Positions 61,462 through 64,000 of a stretch of DNA of 64,000 nucleotides are shown piece after piece (the first letter of the stretch is position 1; every line of letters begins with the position of its first letter). A program made the translations under genes and the position numbers. The notes under the pieces were generated by a model. The model was not told where the DNA came from, did no database searches, and saw only the letters and a list, made by a program, of their open reading frames with translations. This DNA comes from Octopus vulgaris (lineage: Eukaryota): contig OX597828.1 of the NCBI GenBank assembly GCA_951406725.2, forward strand, positions 22,754,001 through 22,818,000, written 5' to 3'.

Positions 61462-61896
61462 TATTATAGATATACATGCATAGATATATAAATGTATATG
61501 TACACACACACACACACACACACCTATGTGTAGATACGTTTGTGCAAAAGCAAGCTGTATCAAACATATTACTTATGGTTAAGAGCAACACTATCGATAG
61601 GACCACTCTATTCTGTTGCTAGATCGATATGTAACTTAGCTTAATTGTCAGTACGCATGGCTACGCATCATCAAGAAAGATGTAGCGATATTTGTTAAAA
61701 GCCTTCCTTTTACATCCGATATTATCAAATAAGCATACTCTATACACCACCATCACCCCGCTTCCTCTCATATCCCCCCATATATCTACAAGAGAAAAGA
61801 AAAGAAAACTTAACTGAGAAAGAGAGGAAAATACAGAGAAAAAATATATATACTAATAACACAAAAACAAAGAACTCAAACGAAAGAATCATCTAT

Positions 61897-62100
61897 AACC
61901 GCCCCGCTGCCAATCCTGAAAACGCCTGCCGTTCCGACACTCATCAAATTGCTGCACTAGCAAATATGGCCGCCTGACATTGACTGCAACAGTCAGCTAT
62001 CGCCAGCTTTCGCGAGTTATCGTTTGCCATCGCCAACCTTCGCCAACCCTCGCCAAACCTCGCTAATCTTCTCCCACCCACGCCAACTTCTGCCTTTGCT
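61897..62100. promoter_or_regulatory. CpG-rich promoter-like island with a 10-bp-period repeat
   Basis: GC box ccgccc (61899), ccaat (61910), YY1-like caaatatggccgcc (61961), nine 10-mers of cgccaacctt type (62001-62090). Function is inference only. Confidence 0.3.
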
Positions 62101-62519
62101 AACACCATTGCTCTCTGTCTCTATCGCCTGCAAACCTATCGTGATTTACACACCACTTAGTAGGTGAATTTTCATTTAGTGTATCTAATGCAATCTTCAT
62201 CAGCCCAGATATTCGTTCGTAAGCATGTATCTAATCTGATCTATAAATACATACACACACATACGTAAACGTAGACAAACACACACCCGCACACACACAC
62301 ACACACACACACACTGACACGCACACTCAGAAAAGCACACATATTCACTTATATGTGTGCGCATTTGTGTGTGTGTGTGTGTATTTGCATTAGTATGTGC
62401 ATGTATTTGTATGTGTATTTGCACCTTTGTATACACGTAAATACCGTTCAATCATCATTTTCCACATACTAAACCACAAACACATATGCATACGCATAAG
62501 ATAGGCGTATGTGTATGTG

Positions 62520-62599
<80 letters not shown>

Positions 62600-62651
62600 G
62601 AAAGATAGATAGATAGATATAGATAGGTAAGATAGATACACACAGAACGGT

Positions 62652-62805
62652 TTTCTAGATCTTGTCTGCCACCTTCACTTGCAACGCTATGGTCAGACCC
62701 TGGTCTATAGAAGAGAAGACTGGCATAAGATGCTGATGTGTAGAACCGATCACAAAAGCATATGGTTGCAAAGGAAACTTCTTAACCACCAAGTCATTAT
62801 TGCAT
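62652..62805 (-). mobile_element. SINE family A 5' half, very degenerate
   Basis: ggtcagaccctggtctatagaagagaagac...catatggttgcaaaggaaacttcttaaccac. Confidence 0.55.
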
Positions 62806-63182
62806 CTATTTTTAAGAATCTAGAATCAAATTCTTCGTAGTCTTTTAGTTATTTCAGCCATTGGCCGTCAGCCAAAGAAATGTACGTTTAGTAATTGTAA
62901 TATAAATTTTAAGGTGATGTTGTAATAAATTGTTCAGACACACAAGCAAGTCAATAGAGAAGTGTAATAAATGGATTTCGGTTATGATTAGAAAGCTATA
63001 AATTTCACAAACATGTCGAATTAAATAATTAAATAAACATCTATAATGTGAGAGAAATATGAAAGAAAAAATTTTAAGAAAAAGAAAATCAGGGAGGGAA
63101 GATTACAAGACTAATGAATAATGAATGATATTTTACAGTGGGGAGTTAAATACTGTAAAGTAAATGAAATTGAAATAATTAG

Positions 63183-63371
63183 CCTCATGATGAAGAGATG
63201 CTCAAAGAGCGTCTGGATAATTTCTTATCTGAGATAACAGATGAACCCACACCGGGGCAGGAGGCACAAAGAAGGCGCCAATAAAAGCAGTACCGAAAAG
63301 AAACCAATATACACAAAAAGATGGTGCTCTAGGTTGGCCTCGGATTCTAACTAAAACCAGAAAAAGATAAA
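63183..63371 (+). mobile_element. CR1-clade LINE 3' end (ORF2 C-terminus plus 3'UTR)
   Basis: Frame from 63183 reads PHDEEMLKERLDNFLSEITDEPTPGQEAQRRRQ*, matching from memory the invertebrate CR1 ORF2 end (FKxxLDxFLxxxPDEP); followed by ggtgctctaggttggcc...aactaaaacc and an A-rich end. Confidence 0.65.
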
Positions 63372-64000
63372 CGATATCATTTATTCCTAAATTAGGAGTC
63401 TATTGTTTTGTTTTTCTAGTTTAATGATTCGGTATTTATAGGGTCTAAGTAGGAATAATAATAAGCATTATAGTAATGGTACAAGACCAGAAGGAGTTCA
63501 CTGATTATATCAACACCAGCGCTCAAGTGGTTTTTCACCGACACCCGAAGGAGGAGAGGCGATAGCGACTTCAGTGTTAGCTACCGCTGATGAAATATAC
63601 TCTAGTTTTCTTAGCAGTCTAGGTTCAGGCCATCCCTATTCAGGCATTCATGAAACACACACATCTCTATCCAATTGTCATCAGTCCTGTTGTGTCAACC
63701 ATCCACATATTCCAGCCTAAATTATTGCACTCATGCCTTCTTCCCCAAATCCTTGATCCTTTAGTATTCTGTCCTTGTTTATGACATAATTGCAAACATT
63801 CGACTTTAATAGAAACTATGCAAGCGACCCCGGAGAGCAAGATAAAATTTGAGGACAGCATGTCTGCCAAACACCACAAGACAGATTTACATTGAAACAT
63901 AAAGACATATGTATATGTGCGTGTGTTTAGGTGTGTGTATGCGCGTGTATATATATATGTATATACACCCATAAATACGCTTATATATGTATGTGTGTGT

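Noticed and set aside
62001-62090. CRISPR-like array
   Set aside because: 10 bp tandem units without spacers in a eukaryotic context; no repeat-spacer array anywhere in the window.

Overview
AT-rich, microsatellite-saturated eukaryotic non-coding DNA (intergenic or a very large intron). The SINE families look like those I recall from octopus genomes; this species assignment is inference, not a database result. No protein-coding gene can be supported, and almost all ORFs in the track are translations of (TA)n/(TG)n/(TAGA)n/(CTT)n tracts or SINEs. The window holds many tRNA-headed SINE copies from several modular families, a CR1-like LINE 3' end whose tail matches the commonest SINE, a probable L1/Tx1 remnant, a Tc1/mariner MITE, a pogo/Tigger-like end and a ~1.3 kb tandem duplication. 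The most notable signal is a set of minimal type-I hammerhead ribozyme motifs of the kind carried by Penelope-like elements. One has a compensatory U3-A8 core and sits in both arms of a ~224 bp near-perfect inverted repeat (48353-48936), whose spacer was copied from sequence 600 bp downstream. A second hammerhead family occurs in three copies at different stages of decay. SINE family labels A-F are mine; coordinates of degenerate elements are approximate.
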